A stretch of DNA of 24,250 bases from Microcoleaceae cyanobacterium (GTDB lineage: Bacteria > Cyanobacteriota > Cyanobacteriia > Cyanobacteriales > Microcoleaceae). The notes under the pieces are model-generated. The model searched no databases. It saw only the letters and a program-made list of their open reading frames with translations, and was not told the origin of the DNA. Location of the stretch: positions 1 through 24,250 of the forward strand of contig JBOFUV010000004.1 in the NCBI GenBank assembly GCA_051652765.1, read 5' to 3'. Numbering within the stretch: the first letter of the stretch is position 1; the number at the start of each line of letters is the position of its first letter. Shown here piece by piece: positions 9,082-17,870 of the stretch. Made by a program: the position numbers and the translations under genes.

Positions 9082-9086
9082 AGGTC

Positions 9087-9986
9087 TTACAGTCGATAAG
9101 CAAGGGCAAATCGTTCAATTCCAGCCAGATCTAGACAAACCTGGACATCGGTATAGTTACCCTGATTTTGCAAAAGCGGGATCACCTCGTCTGCTTGTCC
9201 AGCCATCATTTCAACTAGCCAAACTCCTCCAGATTTTAAGTAGGATGGAGCCGTGTTGATCAGATGTCGAATACAGCCCAGCCCATCCTCTCCCCCTGCC
9301 AGAGCCAAATGAGGTTCATGCCGAGTCACTTCCGGTTGCAGGGTTGGAATCAGGCCGTTAGGAATGTAGGGTGGGTTAGATACCATCCCGCTAATTTGTC
9401 CTTGGAGGCGGGTCAAGGGTTCCCACCAAGATCCCTGATAGAACTGAATTCGGTTGGATAGCTCCAAGGTTCTGGCATTGTGCTGGGCAATGTCCAAAGC
9501 GGCCTCACTACAGTCAACGGCGTGAATTATCGCTGCGGGCATTCCCTCTGCCAGTCCCAGGGCGATCGCGCCACTTCCCGTTCCCAGGTCAACCCAATGG
9601 CCCTGGCTTAACCCAAGGTTCTCTTCGGTTATGGTTGCAACCGCTAAGTCAATAATCAGTTCGGTCTCGGGTCTAGGAATCAAAACCGCAGGAGAAACGA
9701 CAAGGGAAAAATGCCGCCAAGCCACTGTTCCCAGGAGATATTGCAAGGGAACCCGCTCTGACAACCGTCGCTGCCACAGCCCTAGGAAATCAGCCCAAGG
9801 CATCTTTAACTCAACCTGGGATGAGGTTTTGAAGCTCCCCAAGCGCAATGCTAGATGATCGAGATCTGTAACGGCCTGTAGCAACCCATCAACTTCTCTC
9901 GGAGAAATCTGGGCAGTAAGTGCTTCTGTCCTAGCCTTTTGGCTCCACTGCCACAGATCCCAACCTGTTATTCTAGCCCGGTTCAT
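9087..9986 (-). CDS. prmC: Release factor glutamine N5-methyltransferase
   Basis: PLQYLLG, VLIPRPETE, DLGTGSGAIA, SNPPYI, HEPHLALAGGEDGL, DLAGIERF. Confidence 0.96.
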   Translation of the reverse strand: MNRARITGWDLWQWSQKARTEALTAQISPREVDGLLQAVTDLDHLALRLGSFKTSSQVELKMPWADFLGLWQRRLSERVPLQYLLGTVAWRHFSLVVSPAVLIPRPETELIIDLAVATITEENLGLSQGHWVDLGTGSGAIALGLAEGMPAAIIHAVDCSEAALDIAQHNARTLELSNRIQFYQGSWWEPLTRLQGQISGMVSNPPYIPNGLIPTLQPEVTRHEPHLALAGGEDGLGCIRHLINTAPSYLKSGGVWLVEMMAGQADEVIPLLQNQGNYTDVQVCLDLAGIERFALAYRL

Positions 9987-10151
9987 TCTTAATGATTAAA
10001 TCAGTGATTAACTTAACGGTTGGTGTTAACAATAGGTTCCTTAAGGGTTTTTTAAGGATATCTTTTAAGGGTGCTTCTTCAGGACAAGGTTTTGCTATTT
10101 CGCGAAATCTCTAGAATCCCTTCATACACCATCAGCAACCCAACCCAATTT

Positions 10152-10223
10152 GATCCCCTAAATCCCCCTTAGTAAGGGGGACTATAGCTTTATTTCTCCC
10201 TTTTCAAGAGAGTCTAGGGGGAT
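10152..10223. repeat. Cyanobacterial short dispersed palindromic repeat (two inner hairpins inside a terminal inverted repeat), partly degenerate
   Basis: ATCCCCTA...TAGGGGGAT ends; inner TCCCCCTT-AGT-AAGGGGGA and CTCCCTT-TTC-AAGAGAG; resembles the CCCCCTAAATCCCCCTTAAAAAGGGGGACT-type repeat of filamentous cyanobacteria (from memory). Confidence 0.75.
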
Positions 10224-10302
10224 TGCAGGGCCTTAGAACCAGAGCATCTAGAGAATCTATGGGAAGAGATTAACATCCTTCAACCCTCACTACAGCAAGA
10301 AC

Positions 10303-11085
10303 CTACGGATTTGGCTTTGGTTGACCTTGCTGGATGAACTCTACAGTCTCACGGGGAGGAATCAAAATGACTTTATCAAGAAAAGGATCGTTGTCTGTCC
10401 GAAAAGCTTCGAGTAAAGCTTCTAAAGGAACAACCTCAATCTTGACCGACTGCAACAATTCCGGTTGCTGAGTCTTAAACTGATCCAACATCCCCTGCAA
10501 ATCTTCCCGAGTAAAGAAAAAAGGAATGGCTTGATCTTCTCCCTGTTGTAGAGTCAGGACTCTGTCATCTTCTCCTGCCTTGGCGATGAACAGGGGAACT
10601 CCTCGAAATTCTCCCGCATTTTGACCGCTAGCAGTGAGTAGGGCTTGGGCAGACTGAACCTGCTGTTGAGTTGGAATAAAAGCAACCTGTAGTCGATTAG
10701 CATCCCGACTTTGCTGAGCAATCTCGTAAACCTTCCCTAAAGGCACGGCAGTCAACTTCACGGTTGCACCAAGAGTTGGATCTTGCTGCTTCAGGTTCTC
10801 AATGAAGGTCAGCCCGTCTTTACGACTAATGAAAACCTGGAAAATTGCGGCACTATTCTCGCCATTGCCGGAGGTTCTGACAAGCGGTGCCCCTTTGCCA
10901 TCCGTAATGGTGAAAACGGGTACAGAACCCAATTTCTCCATGATCTTGTCCTGAGTTAGGGCGATCGCCGTCTGGGGTCTTAGAAAAACCGCACTCGAAT
11001 TCAGGGACAAGTTGGGGCTGACGACTAAGCTGGTGCTTACAATGCCCAAAATAGCACCCAAACGAACCAATGATTGCTTCATCAT
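10303..11085 (-). CDS. tic22: Tic22 family periplasmic chaperone
   Basis: Signal peptide ending TAIA; KLGSVPVFTITDGKGAPL, FRGVPLF, IPFFFTREDLQ. Confidence 0.9.
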   Translation of the reverse strand: MMKQSLVRLGAILGIVSTSLVVSPNLSLNSSAVFLRPQTAIALTQDKIMEKLGSVPVFTITDGKGAPLVRTSGNGENSAAIFQVFISRKDGLTFIENLKQQDPTLGATVKLTAVPLGKVYEIAQQSRDANRLQVAFIPTQQQVQSAQALLTASGQNAGEFRGVPLFIAKAGEDDRVLTLQQGEDQAIPFFFTREDLQGMLDQFKTQQPELLQSVKIEVVPLEALLEAFRTDNDPFLDKVILIPPRETVEFIQQGQPKPNP

Positions 11086-11388
11086 TTTGTAGTTATTTAA
11101 CCTCTTATCAGCATGGACTAGGATCTAAATCTTGCTCATGATCTTGCTTATAGAAACTTTGTCTAGCCCCTATTCTTTGAAATTTCCCTGGGCTAAACAG
11201 CACAGCTAGACCGTTGCCAGCTTGCTCGAGTCAGAACTCCCCCGGACAGATCCATAGACGATCAACTTGGGATTTTTTCTCCCAACAAAGATCCATAAAT
11301 TTCTTAAGGCTCACTGTAACACCTTGTGAGGCCATTGTACCGTTGATCGCAAATGATTATTAAGTCAACTTACTCAGAAGACTCCCCT

Positions 11389-11733
11389 TTAGTCAGTGGG
11401 ATAGCGGATTCCAAGGGATGAATAGAGCTTCTTGGTTCTGTCTATGGCCCGATCTCTCTCTTCAAAACCAACAGTAAATGGCTCTGAGTTATAACTGTTC
11501 CGGTAAAGAAAATCGAAACATTGTTGAGGATTGACTTTGTATTCCTTACTGAACCCTAACAGCCGCAAAATCAACTCATCCTTGGATTGAGACAAAACCG
11601 TGAACCCGTCGTTTGCAGTAGCAAATAACCCTTTAGCATTTCTGACTCTACAGTAATCTAACCTCTTGTCGTTGCTAAACTCTCTAACGTGCCTAGGCGC
11701 GTCTAGCAATGCAAATTCGTAAAAGTTGCTCAC
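11389..11733 (-). CDS. Hypothetical orphan protein (about 114 aa) immediately downstream of tRNA-Pro
   Basis: Stop-free frame; likely GTG start at 11733 preceded by GGTTAAGG; the ORF-track start at 11817 lies inside the tRNA; no recognisable motif. Confidence 0.45.
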   Translation of the reverse strand: MSNFYEFALLDAPRHVREFSNDKRLDYCRVRNAKGLFATANDGFTVLSQSKDELILRLLGFSKEYKVNPQQCFDFLYRNSYNSEPFTVGFEERDRAIDRTKKLYSSLGIRYPTD

Positions 11734-11759
11734 CCTTAACCTTGCCAGAAATTGATCAA

Positions 11760-11833
11760 TCGGGATGACAGGATTCGAACCTGCGGCATCCTGCTCCCAA
11801 AGCAGGCGCGCTACCAAGCTGCGCTACATCCCG
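11760..11833 (-). tRNA. trnP: tRNA-Pro (anticodon UGG), CCA not encoded
   Basis: CGGGATG/CATCCCG acceptor stem, anticodon arm CCTGC-TTTGGGA-GCAGG, T-arm GGTTCGAATCC, discriminator A. Confidence 0.97.
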
Positions 11834-11842
11834 TCTCTTCTA

Positions 11843-11870
11843 ATCATAACTCTAACTACACCTAAGTCAA
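11843..11870 (-). promoter_or_regulatory. Sigma70-type promoter of tRNA-Pro
   Basis: TTGACT (11870-11865), 16 nt, TATGAT (11848-11843), ending 9 nt before the tRNA 5' end. Confidence 0.7.
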
Positions 11871-12099
11871 GCAAGTCATCCCAAAACTCAGCGAGAACGA
11901 TTCAAGTCCAGATCCCTGGGGCTATTCCCAGTGATCGAGGAGGTTGTGTCAACATCGGCAAGATGCTTACGGTGAGCAGCATTTTCAGACCAACTGCCTG
12001 CTCTAGTTTCTGTAGACATGAATGGAGAATGCTAAACTCCAAGATTAAAGTTCAGTAAAACAAAATCCCTTCTGTTTCCAGTCTAGGTGCAGTCAAACT

Positions 12100-12651
12100 T
12101 CAGTCCGGATACCAAAACATGCCTTTGATCCCTTCTGGATCAGGAATAAAGCCTAAGTTACGGTAAAAATCTACAACATGAGGATCTGCAAATAGCGTAA
12201 TGTTGCTGATATCATCACTCCGAAGTTTTTTGATAATGAAACTCATCAACTCCTTCCCTAGCCCCTTACTCTGGAAATCTGGATGAACAACAACATCCCA
12301 AAGTGTGGCATTAAACGCATGGTCGGAAGTTGCCCTGGCAAATCCAATCAGCCGTCGCTTTTTCCCTTGCATTTGCCACATAGAAACGACCAAGAAGCTA
12401 TACTGAATTGCCTTTTTCACTTTTCTCAGGGGGCGACGTGACCAACCAACTGCGTTGCACAGTTCTTCTAGCTCATAAAGATCAATGTCTCGATCTGTGC
12501 TGAAAAAAATGCGAGGATTATTAGTAATTGACTTTCGAGGTGTCTGGGAGTCAGAGTTATTGCTACCCCCAGGCATGTATCCCTCATACTCAACAGTTGA
12601 TGACGTTGAGGGAGAGTCTGAACCGTTAAATAAACTTTTCCAGAAACCCAT
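12100..12651 (-). CDS. ycf52: GNAT N-acetyltransferase, Ycf52/NSI(GNAT2)-like
   Basis: [82 protein letters not shown] 12651 (MGFWKSLF), as the longer ORF overlaps the divergent gene. Confidence 0.88.
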   Translation of the reverse strand: MGFWKSLFNGSDSPSTSSTVEYEGYMPGGSNNSDSQTPRKSITNNPRIFFSTDRDIDLYELEELCNAVGWSRRPLRKVKKAIQYSFLVVSMWQMQGKKRRLIGFARATSDHAFNATLWDVVVHPDFQSKGLGKELMSFIIKKLRSDDISNITLFADPHVVDFYRNLGFIPDPEGIKGMFWYPD

Positions 12652-12724
12652 GCAGGTGCGGTTAAGGTAGTAGACATTGAACAACAGTACTAGATAGTAT
12701 ATCTTCCGAACCTTCTCCTCAATT

Positions 12725-13450
12725 ATGGCTCCAGGTTTAAAACCATCGACACTGGAACTGTTGAAGCGCTTCAATCGAGCGTTTCCCCAATTTTATGAGC
12801 AATTTGTCACCAGTGAAATTCAGCTCCAGAACCTCCAGTTAGCCTATCAGATCTACCGGACAAAACAGGCTATCATCGAAGTTAAGCCAGAAGGCAGTCG
12901 TAGTGCACTCCACTTTGCTTATCGTAACCAATCTTTTCTGCTGAGTGATATTTTTGGAGTCCTTGCAGCCTATGGGCTGACGATTCATAGTCTTAGTCTT
13001 TATGGACAGATTTACCCACCAATGTTGGTGTTTATTAAGCTGGTGGTTTCTAGAGGGGGCAAAGCCTTAGCAGACAAAACTGCGGACAACGTTTGTCGGG
13101 CCATTCGGGAAGCACTCGCGGGCCACTTCGAAGTGGAGGAAATGCTAGCGGTAGAATTTAACTTAGATGCGGGTTTGCAAGATGTAGCCACAGAATTCTA
13201 CGTTGACCCTGTGTTTCACCTTCCAGCGTTGTTAATTGAGGCTGATAATCAACCGGGTTTGTTTTATAAGGTAATGTATGCGATTTGGCAGGAAGACTTG
13301 CTGGTCGTCAATGCAAATCTATTGGTCTGGCGTGGTCGAACCCGTTTAATTCTCTATCTACTAGGCCCAAATGAAAGTTTAATTCCCGATTATCTGGGCC
13401 AAAAAATTGCAGAAGGAATGCGGCAGCGGTTAATGGGTCGGAGGTTTTAG
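12725..13450 (+). CDS. Hypothetical protein with two ACT-like domains resembling the GlnD C-terminal regulatory region
   Basis: [31 protein letters not shown] and [31 protein letters not shown] follow the ACT pattern DRPGLL..I...L....L.I..A.I; GAGG 6 nt upstream is absent, but the 241-aa ORF is clean with an ATG start. Confidence 0.7.
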   Translation: MAPGLKPSTLELLKRFNRAFPQFYEQFVTSEIQLQNLQLAYQIYRTKQAIIEVKPEGSRSALHFAYRNQSFLLSDIFGVLAAYGLTIHSLSLYGQIYPPMLVFIKLVVSRGGKALADKTADNVCRAIREALAGHFEVEEMLAVEFNLDAGLQDVATEFYVDPVFHLPALLIEADNQPGLFYKVMYAIWQEDLLVVNANLLVWRGRTRLILYLLGPNESLIPDYLGQKIAEGMRQRLMGRRF

Positions 13451-13527
13451 TCTGGAGATTGGGAGTCAAAACTGGAAAATATTTTAGGGACTAGCAGTTA
13501 GAAGAATCGGGATTGGGTGTTCACTGT

Positions 13528-13569
13528 AATTCAATACATGAAATTCAATACATGAAATTCAATACATGA
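13528..13569. repeat. 14-bp exact tandem repeat x3
   Basis: AATTCAATACATGA x3 upstream of the hydrolase. Confidence 0.9.
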
Positions 13570-13614
13570 TTGGAGTTTGTCTCTCACTCGCAGTTGATTA
13601 ATAACGAATAACCA

Positions 13615-14502
13615 ATGACCAGCAACAATGGAAATATGGCCAGGATCGAGATTCAAAGTGTTGAACATACTTATGATCTGACGGCTCCACAAGCAAACGC
13701 ACCCGTTTTAGTTTTTATTCATGGTTGGTTGCTCAGTCGTCACTATTGGCAGCCCCTAATTCAGCAATTGGCACCCACCTACCAATGCTTATCCTATGAC
13801 CTGCGGGGATTTGGGGGGTCTCAGTTTTCCCTCGACACAAGGCCCACTCGGTTTTCTTGCTACACCCCTGAGTCCTACGCTGAGGACTTGATGGTGCTCC
13901 TGAAAAAACTGAATATTGATCAAGCTTGGCTGGTGGGGCATTCCCTTGGGGGCACAATTGCCCTGTTTGGTGCAGACAAACTCCCCCAGCAAGTTCAAGG
14001 AGTTATTTGTGTGAACTCAGGGGGAGGAATCTACCTGAAAGAGGAATTTGAACGGTTTCGGGCGGCAGGAGAACAAATTATTAAGTTTCGTCCGGCTTGG
14101 CTGTGTTATCTTCCCCTCATTGATGTGTTGTTTGCTCGCACTCAAGTCGGCTGTCCTGTTAATCGTCAGTGGGGTCGCCAACGCTTAATTGATTTTGTTG
14201 CGGCCCATCCAGAGGCAGCTCTGGGAGCATTGCTAGATTCTACAACGGAGGCGGAAGTTCATCGTTTGCCGCGATTAGTGGCCCAGTTAAAGCAACCCGT
14301 TTATTTCATCACTGGAGCAAAGGATCGGGTGATGGAACCTAAGTATGTTCGACATTTAGCCAGCTTTCACTGGCTATTTCGCCAAGGGGAGGATAATGTC
14401 CTGGAAATCCCAAATTGTGGTCATTTAGCGATGATTGAACATCCAGAACTCACTGCCGCTCATATTCAAAATGTGCTCGCTCAAACAATTGGTCAAGCTT
14501 AA
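13615..14502 (+). CDS. Alpha/beta fold hydrolase
   Basis: VFIHGW oxyanion motif, YDLRGFGGS, nucleophile GHSLGG, GAKD, CGHLAMIEHPE; true start may be ATG 13636. Confidence 0.9.
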   Translation: MTSNNGNMARIEIQSVEHTYDLTAPQANAPVLVFIHGWLLSRHYWQPLIQQLAPTYQCLSYDLRGFGGSQFSLDTRPTRFSCYTPESYAEDLMVLLKKLNIDQAWLVGHSLGGTIALFGADKLPQQVQGVICVNSGGGIYLKEEFERFRAAGEQIIKFRPAWLCYLPLIDVLFARTQVGCPVNRQWGRQRLIDFVAAHPEAALGALLDSTTEAEVHRLPRLVAQLKQPVYFITGAKDRVMEPKYVRHLASFHWLFRQGEDNVLEIPNCGHLAMIEHPELTAAHIQNVLAQTIGQA

Positions 14503-14654
14503 TCTAGCGATCCTAAATCAATCATAAGAAAACCGTAGAGAGGTTTGGGGACTTCGTTTCCAACGAGGAGCAACACCCATCCACCCCCTTCTTACCCATC
14601 ATTTAGCCCTGCTATAGTCAAGTTTAAAGAGCTTAATTTAATTGCACTGACCGA

Positions 14655-15710
14655 CTACTGATAAAGCTGCATCACCTCTTCTAACTTCATCCGAGAGTGA
14701 ACGCCTAAGCTCAGAGACGAAATATGACCTTTTGCTAAATGTTCAGCCGCAGCACAAGCAATCATGGCGGCATTGTCAGTGCAAAAGTTTAACGGCGGAA
14801 ATAAAACTTTGAGATGATGGGCCATTGCAGCCTGTTGAAGATGATATCTCAGGCCACTGTTGGCAGCCACTCCCCCACCAACCACAATGGTATCCAAACC
14901 ATAATCGAGGGCACAGGCGATCGCCCGTTTGGTTAAACTTCTCGCTACAGTATCTTGAAAACTGGCTGCAATATCTGCAATTGGCAGGTCTTCGAGCTGT
15001 TGTTCAAGCTGTTGTTGTTTTAGCTGTTGAACTAACCGGAACACGGCGGTTTTCAGCCCACTAAAACTGGAGTGGTAGGGATGGTAACTGCCATCAGGCT
15101 GTGAGATCCGACCTTCAGGGAGGGCGAAAGCCCGAGGATTGCCTTGGGTCGCCAGTTTGTCAATGATAGGGCCACCCGGATAACCCAAGTTGAGTAACCG
15201 GGCCACTTTGTCAAAAGCCTCTCCAGCAGCATCATCCTGGGTCTGACCCAACGTGGTATAGACCCCATAGTCTTGCACCTGAATCAAACTGGTGTGGCCC
15301 CCGGAAACCAGTAAGCAGAGAAACGGGGGGTGGACATCGGGTTCGCTGAGGTAGGTCGCGTAGAGATGACCTTCCAGGTGATGAACCCCTAAAAACGGCT
15401 TCTGATGAACCAATGCCAAGGTCTTTGCTGCGGACAAACCCACCAATAGCGCCCCCACCAGTCCAGGGGCACAGGTTGCGGCAACGCCATCAATCGCTGA
15501 CCAACTCAGTTCAGCCTCTGCCAAGGCTTGATCAATTAGCGGATTCAGAATTTCTAGATGCTGTCGGGAAGCAATCTCCGGTACCACTCCCCCATACCGA
15601 TGGTGGACTTTAATCTGAGAGGCCAAAACGTTACTAAAAACTTTACGATTTTTTACAATTGCTACCCCTGTTTCATCACAACTTGTTTCAATTGCTAAAA
15701 CTGTTGTCAT
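14655..15710 (-). CDS. tsaD: tRNA N6-adenosine threonylcarbamoyltransferase
   Basis: [76 protein letters not shown]. Confidence 0.97.
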   Translation of the reverse strand: MTTVLAIETSCDETGVAIVKNRKVFSNVLASQIKVHHRYGGVVPEIASRQHLEILNPLIDQALAEAELSWSAIDGVAATCAPGLVGALLVGLSAAKTLALVHQKPFLGVHHLEGHLYATYLSEPDVHPPFLCLLVSGGHTSLIQVQDYGVYTTLGQTQDDAAGEAFDKVARLLNLGYPGGPIIDKLATQGNPRAFALPEGRISQPDGSYHPYHSSFSGLKTAVFRLVQQLKQQQLEQQLEDLPIADIAASFQDTVARSLTKRAIACALDYGLDTIVVGGGVAANSGLRYHLQQAAMAHHLKVLFPPLNFCTDNAAMIACAAAEHLAKGHISSLSLGVHSRMKLEEVMQLYQ

Positions 15711-16087
15711 TGACTGATAAATTCTATGAAATGATTAAGCCATATCCTAAAGCTTAATTTGCTTGTCTAAAGGATGAAAGCAATTGTAGTATTTTTCTAC
15801 AACTGGCTTTTCAGTAAGTAGGTCTCTGCCAACTGGTTTGGAAGATATCCTAACTTAGCAAGTTTGGCCTCAGTTCAATCCTGAACTGTGATTTGTTGGT
15901 TTGATTTTTTTGCAAACCGCATCGAAGTCAACGACAAAAAACTCCCCACTTTGCCGTAAGGGTTAGTTTGGGGAGAGGTCACGAGGATGTCAAGTGCTGT
16001 GCTCAGAAGCATTAGGTGGCTTCTATTGAGCTGCCTGAAACAATTGTACATAAAACTTGTTGTTTTGTAACGAAAGGAAACGATTCT

Positions 16088-16576
16088 ATGGGACGATTGT
16101 TGGCTTTAGTTCTAGCCATAGGTCTATGGGCGAGCTGTATTCCGGCAGCTTCAGCTTATAATTTGACCCCCTGCTCCAAGTCTCCCGCATTTCAGCAGCG
16201 GGCTAAAACTTCTATCGCTAGCAGTGCCAATCCAGAACAGGCCAAAGCCAGATTTGAGCGCTATTCTCAAGCACTTTGTGGGGAAGAGGGTTTGCCTCAC
16301 TTGATTGTGGACGGCAATCTCGCTCACGCAGGAGAGTTTTTGATTCCTAGTGTTCTATTCCTCTACATTGCTGGATGGATTGGTTGGGCAGGTCGGGCTT
16401 ATATCCAAGCCATTAAAACTGACAAAAACCCGAACGAGAAAGAGATCATTATCGATGTTCCAGCAGCCATTAAATTTATGATTGGTGGTTTCGCATGGCC
16501 TGCTTTAGCCTTGAAGGAATGGACTTCTGGGCAAATGTTTGCCAAAGATAATGAAATTACTGTCTCGCCTCGATAG
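16088..16576 (+). CDS. psaF: Photosystem I reaction centre subunit III
   Basis: Signal peptide, [67 protein letters not shown] 16088 with AAGGA upstream. Confidence 0.97.
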   Translation: MGRLLALVLAIGLWASCIPAASAYNLTPCSKSPAFQQRAKTSIASSANPEQAKARFERYSQALCGEEGLPHLIVDGNLAHAGEFLIPSVLFLYIAGWIGWAGRAYIQAIKTDKNPNEKEIIIDVPAAIKFMIGGFAWPALALKEWTSGQMFAKDNEITVSPR

Positions 16577-16592
16577 TAACTTGGTTGAATTA

Positions 16593-16631
16593 CAGACTTG
16601 AATTTCCGACTTGAACTTCAGACTTGAGTCT
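16593..16631. repeat. 13-bp imperfect tandem repeat x3 in the psaF-psaJ spacer
   Basis: CAGACTTGAATTT CCGACTTGAACTT CAGACTTGAGTCT. Confidence 0.75.
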
Positions 16632-16717
16632 GTATTTTGGTTGTTTCAAAGAATGTAATTCAACTCTATGATTGTTTAAGATTGTGAGTTTGTTCATTCA
16701 AGTTGGAGATTTTTTCC

Positions 16718-16843
16718 ATGGAAGGTTTGTACCGCTATCTGTCTAGCGTTCCAGTTTTGGCTGCACTCTGGATGGGAATTACCGCTGGGATTTTGATTGA
16801 GTTTAATCGCTTTTACCCTGATCTCTTGTTCTATCCCATGTAG
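16718..16843 (+). CDS. psaJ: Photosystem I reaction centre subunit IX (41 aa; not in the ORF track)
   Basis: [48 protein letters not shown]; follows psaF. Confidence 0.96.
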   Translation: MEGLYRYLSSVPVLAALWMGITAGILIEFNRFYPDLLFYPM

Positions 16844-16870
16844 AAGCGCTCGTCAAAAAAATACACAAAA

Positions 16871-16929
16871 CGCTGGGGTATAGGCGTGAAAGGCACTCAA
16901 TAGAGTCTTTTCATGACTTTTCCCTGGCG
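16871..16929 (+). terminator. Long imperfect stem-loop at the 3' end of psaF-psaJ
   Basis: CGCTGGGG/CCCTGGCG, CGTGAAAGG/CTTTTCATG and ACTC-AATA-GAGT stems, followed by T-rich ATTGTTGTTTG. Confidence 0.6.
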
Positions 16930-17015
16930 ATTGTTGTTTGATGAGTTTCCCTAATTTTGACAATACTTGACAATCGTTGTTAACCGTTCCTTTTCTGGTT
17001 TAGAGCAAAGTATCT

Positions 17016-17828
17016 ATGAGACCCTATGTTGCTGCTGCCGTTCAGATGACTAGTTTGCCAAACCTCCAGAAAAATTTGGCTGAAGCAGAAGAGTTAATTG
17101 ACTTGGCAGCACGTCAAGGCGCTGAACTGATTGCTTTGCCAGAAAACTTTCCCTTTATGGGAGAGGAGACAGAAAAGTTGGCCCAAGCTGGCGCGATCGC
17201 TCAGCAGACAGAGGAATTCCTGAGAAAAGTTGCCCAGCGGTCTCAGGTGACGCTTTTGGCTGGAGGATTTCCTGTGCCGACAGGAACAGGCAAAGTTTAT
17301 AACACGGCATTGTTAGTAGATTCGAGTGGGAGTGAACTGGCGCGCTACCAAAAAGTCCATCTGTTTGATGTGAATCTCCCTGATGAGAATACTTATCATG
17401 AATCCAGCACAGTTATGGCGGGTCAACAGTTGCCTCCTGTTTATCCCTCTGAACAGTTTGGTCATTTAGGAATCTCCGTCTGTTACGATGTCCGCTTCCC
17501 TGAACTCTATCGACATTTATCTGCTAAGGGGGCAGATGTGTTGTTTGTTCCAGCGGCCTTTACCGCCTACACAGGCAAAGATCATTGGGAAGTCCTATTG
17601 CGAGCTAGAGCCATTGAAAATACCTGTTACGTGATTGCCCCAGCTCAAACGGGGTGTCATTATGGGCGGCGCTATACCCATGGCCATGCGATGATCATTG
17701 ACCCTTGGGGCATGATCCTGGCCGATGCAGGGGATCAGTCGGGGGTGGCGATCGCCGAAATTCAGCCCTCTCGCCTTGAGCAAGTCAGGCTACAAATGCC
17801 TAGCCTGAAGCATCGGGTATTTATTTAA
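17016..17828 (+). CDS. Carbon-nitrogen hydrolase, Nit1-like (probable deaminated glutathione amidase)
   Basis: Glu-Lys-Cys triad: LPEN, YQKVHLFDV, VCYDVRFPE; PAAFTAYTGKDHW, ARAIEN. Confidence 0.9.
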   Translation: MRPYVAAAVQMTSLPNLQKNLAEAEELIDLAARQGAELIALPENFPFMGEETEKLAQAGAIAQQTEEFLRKVAQRSQVTLLAGGFPVPTGTGKVYNTALLVDSSGSELARYQKVHLFDVNLPDENTYHESSTVMAGQQLPPVYPSEQFGHLGISVCYDVRFPELYRHLSAKGADVLFVPAAFTAYTGKDHWEVLLRARAIENTCYVIAPAQTGCHYGRRYTHGHAMIIDPWGMILADAGDQSGVAIAEIQPSRLEQVRLQMPSLKHRVFI

Positions 17829-17870
17829 ATCGGTTTTGTTTAGTCCAGGAAACCCAACTGACTTAAACAC

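Noticed and set aside
11734..12058. ORF extension to 11817 and the + strand ORF 11765-12058
   Set aside because: Both overlap tRNA-Pro; typical tRNA-derived spurious translations (GSNPV, MTGFEPA)
12652..12774. N-terminal extension of the GNAT ORF
   Set aside because: Overlaps the divergent gene start; MGFWKSLF at 12651 is the more plausible start
14545..14563. Small hairpin TTGGGGAC-TTC-GTTTCCAA between convergent genes
   Set aside because: Weak stem with two G:U pairs and no U-tract; cannot be called a terminator or repeat
15642..15659. HLR1/RpaB-like direct repeat TTTACGAT-TT-TTTACAAT
   Set aside because: Inside tsaD coding sequence, about 430 bp from psaF, with no suitably spaced -10 box; may be coincidental
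15942..15975. CTCCCCA/TGGGGAG stem upstream of psaF as a riboswitch or intron remnant
   Set aside because: No recognisable riboswitch or group II domain V consensus; only a 7-bp stem
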